Below the pieces are notes generated by a model that was not told the origin of the DNA, ran no database searches, and was given only the letters and a program-made list of their open reading frames with translations. From Eledone cirrhosa (taxonomy: Eukaryota), in contig OZ024747.1 in NCBI GenBank assembly GCA_964016885.1, positions 35,526,001-35,590,000 of the forward strand: 64,000 nucleotides of DNA, in the 5' to 3' direction. Both the position numbers and the translations under genes were made by a program. Positions 52,104 to 64,000 of this stretch are shown piece after piece. Position 1 is the first letter of the stretch; each line of letters starts with the position of its first letter.

Positions 52104-53657
52104 ATGTGGACATGGACATACCGCATCGTATCTAGATAGAGTATTTTGTAACGAAATAGATAGTTCTAGCATACGTTGTCCACATTTCAAAATAGTTGAC
52201 TACACAGACCATAAATTCGTGACTTGTGTGATCGACATACATAGGCTTCATAGACAGAGACCCGGATACTGGAAGCTATAGCCGTCATTGACAGCGCGCA
52301 AAGCCTACATAGACCGGATTAGCAAACTAGTTAAGCGGGCGTTAACGGGGCCAATCGTAAACAATCGAGAACATTAGGTTTAGTAAGGCATTAGCAATAG
52401 AGCAAAATAGATCAGAGGGAGAACTAGTTCGAAAATTAGACGAGACGCTTAGTAAAGGCATCACAACCGACGTGCTTGCGGCGAAGGCTGCGTTGTCGGA
52501 CCCAGAGCGCGTGCTCTCGGAAACGAGAGGACAAAAGCCGTTCGATGGGACCGAGTGGCGGAGGCGCGTTGTGGCAACAAAGCAACGATCTGGTCTTTGG
52601 AGGATCATGGCGAGCGCATGCTACTCGAACCCGAGCAAACGTGTGCGGGTTTTCAGCGGCACTTCGCTCGGCTGTTCAGGAGCAACGGTGGGTCGGATTA
52701 CACGATGGATTTTAGCGCCTACCTCGATGGACTGCCGCGGCTCTCGGCCACTGAGGCGGTGTGTTACGAAATGCCGATAACAACTGCTGAAATACGGGTA
52801 GCAATGATTCTGCTGAACACAGAGTTCAATATTTTAGCCAAGGTGCTAGCAAAGAAGTTGGTCTGGTGGGAGAGGTGCAGACATGCGCCATTCCAGACAG
52901 ACCCATCCACAACCTCCACCTCATGCGATAAATCGTCGAGAGGCTATCTAACGAACTTGGCACGGGAGGGAACCTGATGAATTTAGATCAGTCGAAAGCT
53001 TTCGATAGGGTCGACCACCGTTATATACCGGGGGTCCTGAGGGAGGCAGTCTTTGGGCTCATCTTCAGAGGCTGGATCGCTGCCATGCACAGCGACATCT
53101 GCTCTGTGGTGAGATTGAACGGTCACCTTTTGAACTGGCCATGGCGAACGAAATCGTTTGGTGGACGCGTCTGAGAGGGTTGCAGACGAACACCTATCTC
53201 TTCTTGAATGCCCTGATGAACTTTTCCTAATTTCATTTGAAACGGAAAATCAGGGTGGAGAGGGAAGTGCTCTTTTCTCAGCAATTTCTTGGAACATGGG
53301 TGAGAGAAGCAAGTATGGCCCGAGCGAATGGGCCTATTCTGATTATATGTCTGTAAATTATGTCTGTAAATTAAAGGTGGAAAACTGGGAGAGGGCACTT
53401 GCCCTGGTGGTCAGGGTCACTGTGGCCTTTTAATGGGCTTTCTCCACAAATGTCCCTCGGAAGTCTCCCCCCTATTGGGGAATTTTTCATTGTTATTTTT
53501 TTGTAACATCCTCTGTTTTTGTTTTGTTTTTACACGCAGAAATGCCGATTTACACCGTCCTGTATGTCCTGTACTGTCCTTAATGTCTAGTTTATGTAAA
53601 CCCTTGCGGTTAATAAAGAAAGCATTCATCATCTTCTTCTTCTTCTTCTTCTTCTTC

Positions 53658-53710
<53 letters not shown>
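52104..53710 (+). mobile_element. Decayed, internally deleted L1/Tx1 LINE (ORF2 pieces, 3' UTR and (TTC)/(TTA) tail)
   Basis: Collinear fragments of 56620-59780 (NLDQSKAFDRVDH). Confidence 0.9.
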
Positions 53711-53885
53711 GAATGCTATGGTTGACGGAGGCTCGGCTCTGTAAGGTATTGTAAATTTTGAACGCTATAACAATTGTAAATTGTTTAAAACTTTTACCAA
53801 CTTGTAGACAAAAACACCCTCCTCCTCGTGAGAGGGGTCTTTCTGTCCGTTATTTGGCCCTTCGGGGTTAAATAAATGCTTATTG
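53711..53885 (+). mobile_element. Possible 3' UTR fragment of another LINE
   Basis: Two GC hairpins (CCTC..GAGG and CCCTTCGGGG) followed by AATAAA. Confidence 0.4.
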
Positions 53886-54038
53886 GGGTTTTGTGCCCAA
53901 TATTTATTTTAAACAAAAAAAAAACAACATGGCTACGAAAAAGAATTTTCATAGGTCACTCCCACTCATTCCGTCTTCTTCTTCCTCAATCGTCACTACA
54001 GCAGAGAGAAGATTGTCTCTCTCCCCCCTTCTTTAAAT

Positions 54039-55640
54039 GTGTCTCTCTCCCTCCCTTCTCTTTCGCAAGCGACGACAGAAAAGAAAAGTCTCGTGCAAAG
54101 CGTGCAATATTTCACAACGACGACGACGAAACAGGTGTGCGGGAAATACGAAAACCCATTTCATTCGTCTGACGTCAGGAATAATAGCAGTAGCAGCCGT
54201 AATAACAACAGCAACAGTGACAATGAAAACAAAAGTAGCAGCCGCAACAGCATCAGCAGCAGCATAAACAACAACAGCATTAGCAGCAGCAGCAACAACA
54301 ACAACCACAGCAACAGCGGCGGCGGCAGTAGTCGTAGTACCTGGAGCAACAACAAAAGTAACAGCAGCTCTGACGACAACAACAACAACAACAACAACAG
54401 CAAAGAAAAACCAATCTCGTTTGCAGGTATCGCGAAGAACCTGGAAACAATCCTCATAACAAATGAGGAATTAGAGGAAGCGAAGAAGATGGTGACAAAA
54501 ACTGCACACCGAGCAATCTGCAAGGCAGCGGAAAACTTTTTCGAAACCCAACAGCACTGTACGGTCACGTACCGTACAGTAAGTACAAAATCCCGTAGGG
54601 TGGAAAGAGCTACAGAGGCTCAAATACAAAAAGCCTTGGGGTCTGTGTGGCAGCGGATAACGCACATCACTCGAGGCAAGAAATAAGCCACCGTAGACAT
54701 ACATTTTGCCACACCCCAGGAGGCAAAGGCTCAATCCGTAGTGACCCTAAGGAGCGAGGAAATAGTGTTGGTTCCCTCCTACTGCAGGCAAAAAATTGTG
54801 AAGGTCAAACTGACCCACGTCCCCACCAGGATGGCCCCTTCTTGGCTGGCCGCGTCTGTCCTCGTCGGAATCGAGGACAAAACAACTGTACTGCAAGTAC
54901 AGAAAAAAGTAAGAGAAGATTGGGTCGGCACCTCATTTGAGATGTTAATGCAAACCAACCAGGAGTGCATCGAAGCTATCCCGGGTGTGATAGACTTCGA
55001 TAACGGCACTCAACTGCCCATAAGTGTTGAGGGCAAACGCCCGAAATGCTTTCGCTGTGGATCGAAGACTCACCTCAGGGCCTTCTGCAACGAGAAAACA
55101 CTGAGAAAGGAGAAAACGCCCCTCCTTCCGAAACCGGCTCCACGGCTACCAGCAACAGGACAAGCGGCAACGATAGGTCCATGGCACCCATAACCACGCC
55201 ACGGAAATCAAAAACAGCAGCAGCAGTGGAAGTATTAACAACAACAACAACAGCAATACCAAATTCAGCTGCAACAGAGACTCCAGTGCAAACATCACCA
55301 ACAACAACAAGTGAAAGAGTGGAACTGGTACCCCTCCCCGACCTCACAGAATCAGACATGGAGTGTGAGGTGGGAGAGGGATGGCAAAAGGTCGTAAGAA
55401 GGCACAAACGCAGAAGCAGCGCATCGTCGTCTTTGAAAAGGGAGGAAAGAAATGAAAAAAGGGTAAAGTCTACTGCAAAGAGACTCACAGCAGCAACACT
55501 ATCAACACCATCACCACCCACACTAGCACCACCATCACCACCGGCGACAACCCCAGCGCCAACAACAACAACACCTTCAACACCACCACCACAAGCACCA
55601 ACATCGCAAACACAACAACAAAACGCACACACCCAGTAAA
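54039..55640 (+). pseudogene. LINE ORF1 (gag-like, CCHC knuckle)
   Basis: CFRCGSKTHLRAFC. Premature stop at 54684-54686 and frameshift at about 55100. Confidence 0.8.
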
Positions 55641-56063
55641 AACGACGAGAAAATAGCAGAACCACACCCCACCCCCAGAAAAACAAATGCACGGCAATAA
55701 ATACACACAACAAGAAACTAATGACTTACATAATTGAACACACAGACACTACACAACACGACACATAATACCAGCACCAATAAAAACGCCAACTAACATA
55801 AGACTGCTAAAAACAGCACAGAAACTATACACAAACATTAAAACGAAATTCCACAACGCAGTTGGTGATTTCAGAGACCTAGGAGGAACTATCAACCGAA
55901 GAGTATATTCGGACATACTCATAGAAGAGCCGATGACCAGCCGAAGGGACGATTCAACGGTCCCTTCACCAGACGATCAAGTGAAAAGGGATGTAAAAAC
56001 CATCCCTCCTCTACGAAAAGTACGGCAAGTGGTCTTTCCCATCTTTTCCACTCTATTTTAAAC

Positions 56064-59000
56064 ATGACCTCACTCAGAATAGGCAGCATAAATGCGCTTG
56101 GCTTGGGGTCGTCATGGAAGGAGGGTCACCTGCACAACGACCTCAGGTCACTAAACATAGATGTAGCGGCCATCAGCGAGACCAGAATCTCCGAAGCACG
56201 GGACTTCGCACCTATCTTCGGAGTCTACGATGTGTACGCATCTCCCAGCCGTCCTGGATCGGGGGGAGGAGTTGCTGTGCTTTTTCGGAGAGGTTTGGAT
56301 CTCGCCATACGGGCCATCTTCCTGGACCCAGAGGGTAAGTTGGTGGTGCTGGACGTGACCAGCGATGACAGGCAAGCTTTCAGGCTAGTGGCCGTCTATG
56401 CCCCGCCAGGAGCAGGGCGGCCTGATTTCTTCCGGCGTCTGGAGACCTTTCTTGGAACGTCCCGCTCTTTAGTGTTAGTGGGCGACTAGAACGGGATCTT
56501 AGATGCACGCTGGGACTGTGTGGGATTAGCGGATAGGGGTGGAGGGTGCAAGAGCCTCACCAACCTGCTCAGTCGTTTTGAACTGTCTGACAGGTACCGA
56601 TTGGATTTCCCGAATGTGCCAATGTGGACTTGGACAAATCGCATAGAGTCATCCAGATCATATCTAGATAGAGTATTTTGTAGGGAAATAGATAGGTCTA
56701 GCATAGGCTTTCCACATTCAAGATAGTCAGCTACACGGACCACAAATTCGTGATCTGTGTGCTTGACTTAGATAGGCTTCATAGACGAGGACCCGGCTAC
56801 TGGAAGCTAAACGCGTCCTTACCAGCGCGCAAGGCCTACAGAGACCGGATTAGCGAACTACTTAAGCGGGCGTTGACGGGGGCCATCGTCAACAACAAGT
56901 GGTGGTTTGCTGTGAAAAGAGCGATTAGAATAGAATCCATTAGGTTTAGTAAGGCTTTAGCAATAGAGAAAAATAGAGCAGAGTGAGAAATAGTTAGAAA
57001 ATTAGACGAGGCGCTTAGCAAAGGCATTGCAACCGACGTGCTTGCGGCGAAATTGGCCCTTGACCAATTCTTCAATGCAAAACACGAAGGCTGCGTTGTC
57101 AGAGCAAGGCTGCGTTCTCTCAGACACGAGGGGACGAAAGCATTTCAATGGACCCAAGTGGCGGAGGCGCGTCGTGGCAACAAAGCCACGATCCGGTCTT
57201 TGGTGGACCACGACGGGCGCATGCTACTCGATCCCGGGCAAATGTGTGAAGCTTTTCAGCGACACTTCGCTCAGCTGTTCGGGGGCAGTGGTGGGCCGGG
57301 TCGAGGGATGGACTTTAGTGTCTACCTCGACGGACTGCCACGGCTCTCGGCCACTGAGGCGAAGTGTTGCGAAAAGCCGATAACAGCCGCTGAAGTAAGG
57401 GAGGCAATGATTGGCTGCACAAGGGGTAAATCGCCTGGTTTGGATGGTCTGCCCTATGAATTTTACGTACAGATGCCAGACTTGTTCGGAGCCCTCTTGG
57501 CGGACGTCTACAGCAGCTGGCAACAGAACGGGAGAATTCCCAGTTCTGTGAGCCGAGGAGCGGTGGCACTGCTGAGAAAGGATCCGAACAAGGGGGATAA
57601 CATAGATAATTTCCGGCCCATAACTCTGCTAAACACAGAGTTCAAGATTTTGGCCAAGGTGCTAGCAAAGAGGTTGGCGCTTGTCGTTGGTGGTCTGGTG
57701 GGAGAGGCGCAGACATGCGCCATTCCCGACAGATCCATCTACGACGACACTTCCACCTCATGCGATACATCGTAGAGAGGGTAGCTAGGGAACCTGGCAC
57801 GGGTGGGTCCTTGATCAATTTAGATCAGTCGAAAGCTTTCGATAGGGTCGACCATCGTTACCTAGCGGCAGTCCTGAGGGCGGCTGGCTTTGGGCCCGTC
57901 TTCAGAGGCTGAATCACTGCCATGCACAGCGACATCTGTTCTGTGGTGAGAGTGAACGGTCACCTGTCGGAACCATTCAACATCATGCGCTCGGTCCGCC
58001 AAGGATGTCCCCTCTCGCCCCTCTTCTACGTATTGACTCTCGAGCCATTACTGCACAAACTGGAGACTTTAAGGGGCATACGGCGCGAACTAGGATGCGG
58101 AAGATCTGTGTCAGCATATGCGGACGATGTCACTGTAGTGGTGTCGAACCCCAAACACATCGAGGCGATCGGCACTACACTAAGAGAATACGAAGCGGTG
58201 ACAGGAGTAATGATCAACCAGGAAAAGTCAGTGGGCCTGCAGCTCGGCACCTGGAGAGGCAGGTCCATGCCGTCCAACAGCGTCGTCAGACGCTGGACGG
58301 ACGGACCGGTTAAATTGCTAGGGGTCTGGTTCGGTCCGGACCTCCAGACGTACACAAACTGGGACGAGGTGACGAGCAGGGTGGCTTCTCTCACCCAGAA
58401 ATGGGCGGTGAGGAAGCTATCCCTGAAAGGTCGAGCGGAGGTGGATAACGTGTACATCGCGTCTGTCATCTGCTACCGCCTGACCGTCGTACCTTGTCCT
58501 AAGCCTCGCCTGACTGCGCTGGAGCGTTTGCTCTTTCGCTTTTTGTGGAAGGGACGCGCTCCGATGGTCAGGCGGTCCATCTGTTGTCAACACCCGCTAC
58601 GTTGAGGGCTGGGCATGCCGTGGCTGATGATGCGCAGGCACGCGCTCAGGCTACGACATCTCCACCTCTTCCTCGACGGTAGTCAGGTGTGGTCGCCGTT
58701 TACTAGACATGTATTTCCCCAGCTCGTTTCCTTGACGGAGCTGCAGTCCTGGGTCAAGCGAAGACCGAGAGGGAGCGCCTGGAGACTGGAATGTCTTCAG
58801 GCGCTCACAGCCCTCGACCAATCGGGCAATTTTATCGGTGGAAACTCCTCCTCGGCGTTCTATAGAGGATTAGTGGAGGGGAAGAGCGACGGCGTACTTG
58901 GGGAAACTCTAGGCGTCGACGAATATCAACTAGCCAATCTCTTCGGAAGAACTTTCGGGCCAGGGCCTATGGACAACTTCCAGAAATCTCTGGCCTGGAA

Positions 59001-59484
59001 GTGCTACCGAGGAGCCTTGCCAGTTCGGGATAAACTCTACAGGCATGGAGGTGCCGTCAGTCGGGCATGTCCGAGATGCGCGCAGGGCGACGAAACCGTC
59101 CTGCACGCACTCGTCCAGTGTCCGAAAATTGCTGACTTGTGGGTTTATGTCGAACACCTGCTGTCGCGTTTAGGACGGATCCGGCTATCATCTGAGTCCA
59201 TGGTGAGGATTGCCCCGCCCTCCTCCTTTAGCCGGGAAGGGCAGGCAGTTTTTATCTGTCTGGTGGCCATGGCGAAAGAGATAGTATGGTGGACACGTTT
59301 GAAAGGGCTGAAGACGAGCACTTACCTCTTTGGTGATGCTCTGATTGACTTTTTCAAATTTCATTTGAAACGGAAAATCAGAGTAGAGAGGGAAGTGCTC
59401 TCTTCCCAGCATTTTGTTGAAAGATGGGTGAGAGAAGCAAGAATGGCCCGAGTGAATGGGCCTACTCTGAGTATATATCTGTAA
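56064..59484 (+). pseudogene. LINE ORF2 (APE endonuclease, RT and C-terminal zinc finger)
   Basis: AISET, VYAP, LVGD*N, SYLDR, TDH, WKLN, KSPGLDG, FRPITLLN, KAFDRV, RQGCPLSP, YADD and CPRC..HALVQC. Four stops and two frameshifts. Confidence 0.95.
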
Positions 59485-59744
59485 ATTAAAGGTGGAAAAC
59501 TGGGAGAGGGCACATGCCTTGGTGGTCAGGGTCATTGTGGACTTTTACTGGGCTTTCTCCACAAATGTCCCTCCGAAGTCTCCCCCCTATTGGGGAATTT
59601 TTCATTGTTATTTTTTGTTACATTCTCTGTTTTTGTTTTTTACACGCAGAAATGCCCATTTGTACCGTCCTGTGTTGTCCTGCACTGTCCTTAATGTCTA
59701 CTTTATGTAAACCCTTGTGGTTAATAAAGAAATCATTATTATTA

Positions 59745-59780
<36 letters not shown>

Positions 59781-59781
<1 letters not shown>

Positions 59782-62700
59782 ATTTGCATTTATCTTGCTT
59801 TATGTTCATACGAGTTATCACCAAGTCACAACTAGTAAATCGAGAGACAACAATGTCCGCCATGTTCAAGAATGTACATATATACAGATACATGCATCTT
59901 TAGGTGTTTAGAGCTGTGATGTACTTATATTGACAGAATCTTCCTTAGTATATGGGCAGTTCTCATTAGAAACTATCTTATGTATTTCTCCTATACGCGG
60001 GTTTCCTGGGATTTGCGATAAGTAATCATTCCTAGAGCGCCTACAAACAGTTGTATTGTTTTAGTTCTCAATTTCCACATTTTTCTAATTTCTATCTCTA
60101 GGTCCTTATACCTGTTCATGTTTTCAAATGTTTTTATAGATACATTCTTGTCTATTGGTACGGACACATCAATTAGCAGGCATACCCTCTTTTTAAAGTC
60201 CTTCAGTATTATATCAAGCATATTTGCATCTATTTTTCGGTCTGTTTGTATGCTAAAGTTCCACAAGATTGAGATGTGATCTTTTTCAAGTATGGGTGGT
60301 GGTTGATGCTCCCACCAATTCTTTTGATGGGGCAGGTCAAAATGCTTACACATTATCCAATGTATGTATTGTGCAGCTCTGTCATGCCTGTTTAGGTATT
60401 CGGTTGGTGCTATAGGACTGCACATTGAAATTATATGATCAATGGTCTCTGGTTGTTTTTTACATACACGGCATAATGGGTTGCATCCATTTTTTTATTA
60501 TGTTGGCTTGGAAATCTTTTTTTGGCAGACACTGATCTTGTGCCGATATAATTAGTCCTTCAGTCTCCGATTTCAGTCCAGAGGGTGCCAACCACTGATG
60601 GATTAAAGTTTTGTTAACATCTGGATTGTTAGCTCTTTCTGGGTATTTTCCATACAGAGACTGCCCTTAGCCAGTTCTTAGCCAGTTTCTGTAGCAGTTA
60701 CTTTGCGGTTATTTTTACCTGCTTTGCCTTTTCTGTATTTTCATTTCAGCAGTAAATGGAACTTCTGAAATTTGTTGTTCATTATTGTATCTTTGTGCAT
60801 CCTTTGTAATGGAGTATGATCTTTTAATGCTTTCGTATTTCAAAACGAGTTTGATCAGCCAATCATGTGATTCCCTTAGATATGTAGATAATCCAATTGT
60901 TGGAGTTTTCAACGCAATATCTAACTGAATTAACCCATGTCCTCCTTCTTTCCTAGCGAGATATATTCTATCTGCATCTGCCTTAGGGTGAGGCATTCTG
61001 TGCATGGCTAAGAATTTTCGAATTTTTGTATCGAGCCTACGGATCTCTGTGCTTGACGAGTTGATGACATTGTAACTTTAGGTTACTACTGGTATGGCAA
61101 GCGTGTTTATGGCATTGATCCTATTCCTTGCATTCAATTCCGTTCTTAAGATTGCTTTTACTCTACGGTAACATTCCTTCCTCATCCTATCCCTCATTAT
61201 CGCGTGCCTGATTCCGTTTCCTTCACAAACACCTAGATATTTGTAAGTTTCCTCTTGATCAAGTTATTTTATCACATTTCCCCGATCAAGATTAATGTCT
61301 GAACTCTTCAGCAGCTTTCCTCTGGTGAACGTTGCTTTGGCGCATTTATCTAGTCCAAACAACATTTTAATGTCATCACTGAACTGCTTCACTTGCCATC
61401 GCTCATCATTTTTTGCAAATAGTTTCAGGTCATCCATGTAGAACAAGTGATTAATGGTTTTGTCATAGACTTTATATCCATGTTTTGTTTCATTGAGCAT
61501 TTTACTTAATGGTGTAAGAGCGATTCAGAATAAAACCGGTGATAAAGAGTCACCCTGAACAATTCCAAAATTGATATTAACTTCTCCAGCTTCCAGTGAT
61601 TTTTTTTACTATTCAAAAGTAGTGTCGTTCTCCATGTCTTCATACTGAATCACAGGAACTTCCAGACATCAGGACATATTTTGAAAATCTCTAAACATTT
61701 TTCAATCCAACTGTGGGGCAAACTATCGAATGCTTTTATGTAATCTATCCAAGCAATTGATAGATTTTGTGTCTATTATGACAATTTCCAGTAACATTTT
61801 GTGAACCAAAAGCTGATCTTTACAGCCATATGAGCCTCATTTACACCCTTTCTGCTCATTGGGAAATAGATCATTTGCTATCAGGTTGTCATATGTATAT
61901 TCAGTTAGGACTGATGTTAAAATGTTATACATTCTGGTCAAGCAAGTTATCGGTCTGTAATTTTTAGGATTATTTGTCTCATCATTCTTCGGAAGCAGGA
62001 ATGTAATGCCGTTACCTAGCCATGATGGTATCTTTTCCGGCTCCTTAACCATTTCATTGTAAAGTTGGGCTAACAGCTCCTGAGACTATGTGAAGGCATT
62101 TATACAAAATTTGATATTTTGTCTTTTCCTGGGGATTACCATTTGCTGGTTTTTCTAAGAGCCAAACGCAACTGTTCAACTATTATATTTTACCTTGTTT
62201 GTTCTTCAAGGTGAGCTGTATCTTTCATTTGTCTGTCTATCCATGGGGTATGTATATTATGGACATTTTCTTCGGCCCAGATCTTTTCCCAGAATTCTTG
62301 CACTTCGAAGTTCCTCCATGTCACATTCTTTCATTTTTCATCCATTCGATCATAATTTCATTCTTCAAGTTGGCAAGTTCATTCTCATTCATTTCTTTAT
62401 CATTGTTTTCATTTTGAGTTTCATCTTGAGCATGCACTCTTTCCACTTTTTCGATCCTTTCATTAATTTGTTCTGCTGTCAGTGATTCCGTCCCAATCCT
62501 GGGCTTTGAAGTGTTACTATTTACCTCGTTTTCACTGACACATGTTTCTTTTTCCCTTCGCTGATTTTGTGCTAATTGCTTGATCTGATCAATTTCTATA
62601 TCAGTTTGTAACTTTTTCTTAACAATATTTGTTCGTATATTGGCTAGTTTGTTACTGTCAATATATTCTCTGTTTTCAGGATGTTTCTTTTTTTCAGTTG

Positions 62701-63170
62701 ATATATGGATGTTCTGTATTCCATCTATTTGATGGGTAGTACATGGCAGTGTAGAAAGCCTCAAGGACTTATTTAGTCTCTTCACTTGACCATTTTTCTC
62801 TCTTTTTCTTTGGATTTCTTGGTGGTGAGCATGGAGAGCCAACAGTAGGAGTATTCCGGTTATGGGAGGTCTCCAGCTCCGAATTGATGGAAAGGTTTGA
62901 ACCATTAGCTGATTTTTCGCCCCAGTCTGGTTCCTCTCTGAGGAACGCAGCCCTTTTTGACCCGGGTGACGGGCGATCCGGTATGAGATGTTATCATTTG
63001 ACATTGGCTTTATTTTGTTGCGTTTTATCCTTAACCGCCAAGGGGTAATAATTTCGTGTTACCACTCCTAGGACGAGTGTCAACCAAGATTAGAGGTGTC
63101 GTCCTCCCCTAGAGTCACCGCTATTCCCCACCGGCCGCTATCCCGGTATTTCTTGGCAACGGGGTTTTCT
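59781..63170 (-). mobile_element. R4/Dong-clade LINE (RT plus restriction-like endonuclease), decayed
   Basis: NYRPITCL, HLFYMDDLKLFA, YLNRHD..HW and QTDRKIDAN..LIDVSVP. The 3' end abuts (TAA)n. Confidence 0.9.
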
Positions 63171-63264
63171 TTTTTTTTTTTTTAAATTGTTATTATCATG
63201 AGTGGTTCCTTAATGTGAGCACTGCGTGGCTTACGAACGAAATTATTATTATTAATAATAATGT

Positions 63265-63295
<31 letters not shown>

Positions 63296-63569
63296 TTCTG
63301 TCATTATTGTTTCTGAGATATATGCCGAGTGTCTTCCTGACACCTAGGGCAAATAACTTCACAGTGTGCATTGGTAAGCCAGTTAATACATCACATTGAT
63401 TATAATAAAGAAAAACACAGAAAAACCCTATGCATATATACACTTGTGCATATGCATATGTAAATACAAGGAGGTATATCAATCTTACATAGATAGTGCT
63501 CTTCTCAATACGTGTGCAGTAACAGTCAAAACTATTTTGCACCTCGTACAGAGAGTGTAAACCAGGAAT

Positions 63570-64000
63570 CGCAATGCTGAGGTTGAAACAGTGGATCAAT
63601 TAGTCTCTGGATGTAAAGTTTTAGCACCAGTAGAATACAAATATAGACATGACAGAGTTGGCCAATATCTACACTGGGTAATATGTCGGCATTACAAAAT
63701 CAAAGCTAAAGACAAGTGGTACAATCATCACCCTGAGGCTGTAACTGAAGGAGAAAAAGTTATTATCTGGAACTTTCTCTGTACATACTGACAGGACCAT
63801 AAAAGCAAATAGACCTGACACCATTGTAAAAGTTGAACATAACAAGGTCTGTTTATTGATAGATATGAGCATCCCATGCGATCACAATATCGCGGCAAAA
63901 GAATTTGACAAGCTACGAAAATATAAAGATCTGCTTATTGAAATTGAGAAAATGTTGCACCTCAAGGCGGTTATAATACCAGTGTTTGTGTGAGGACTGG
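63570..64000 (+). pseudogene. Second R4/Dong RLE-domain fragment
   Basis: ETVDQLVSGC..YKYRHDRVGQYLHW..TDRTIKANRPD..LIDMSIP..KYKDL. Confidence 0.88.

Larger units (their letters stand above)
53957..59780 (+). mobile_element. Full-length but inactivated L1/Tx1-clade LINE
   Basis: Two ORFs, a 3' UTR with AATAAA, and a (TTA)n tail. The 5' boundary is approximate. Confidence 0.92.

Noticed and set aside
55075-55713. Minus-strand 212-aa ORF and other antisense ORFs in the LINE
   Set aside because: They are shadow frames of low-complexity ORF1/ORF2.

Overview
This is repeat-saturated eukaryotic DNA, probably cephalopod (octopus-like), inferred only from the dense TA/TG microsatellites and the SINE style. 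No host gene is supported. Contents: two decayed Helitron Rep-Hel genes, two non-autonomous Helitrons, many Penelope-like elements (PLEs; RT plus GIY-YIG; one open 638-aa ORF with an in-frame deletion), L1/Tx1, R4/Dong and RTE LINE relics, a hAT MITE and two SINEs. The main hidden layer is RNA. More than 25 hammerhead ribozyme (HHR) motifs from about 10 sequence families lie in PLE pseudo-LTRs and in non-coding 0.5-1 kb tandem units that look like retrozymes. The most unusual observation is a motif present in three diverged copies (26972-27073, 41308-41407, 47119-47221). It holds every hammerhead core element with covarying helices, but in an order that is not a circular permutation of types I/II/III, and it folds back through an apparent kink-turn. 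All folds were derived by eye; none was computed or tested.
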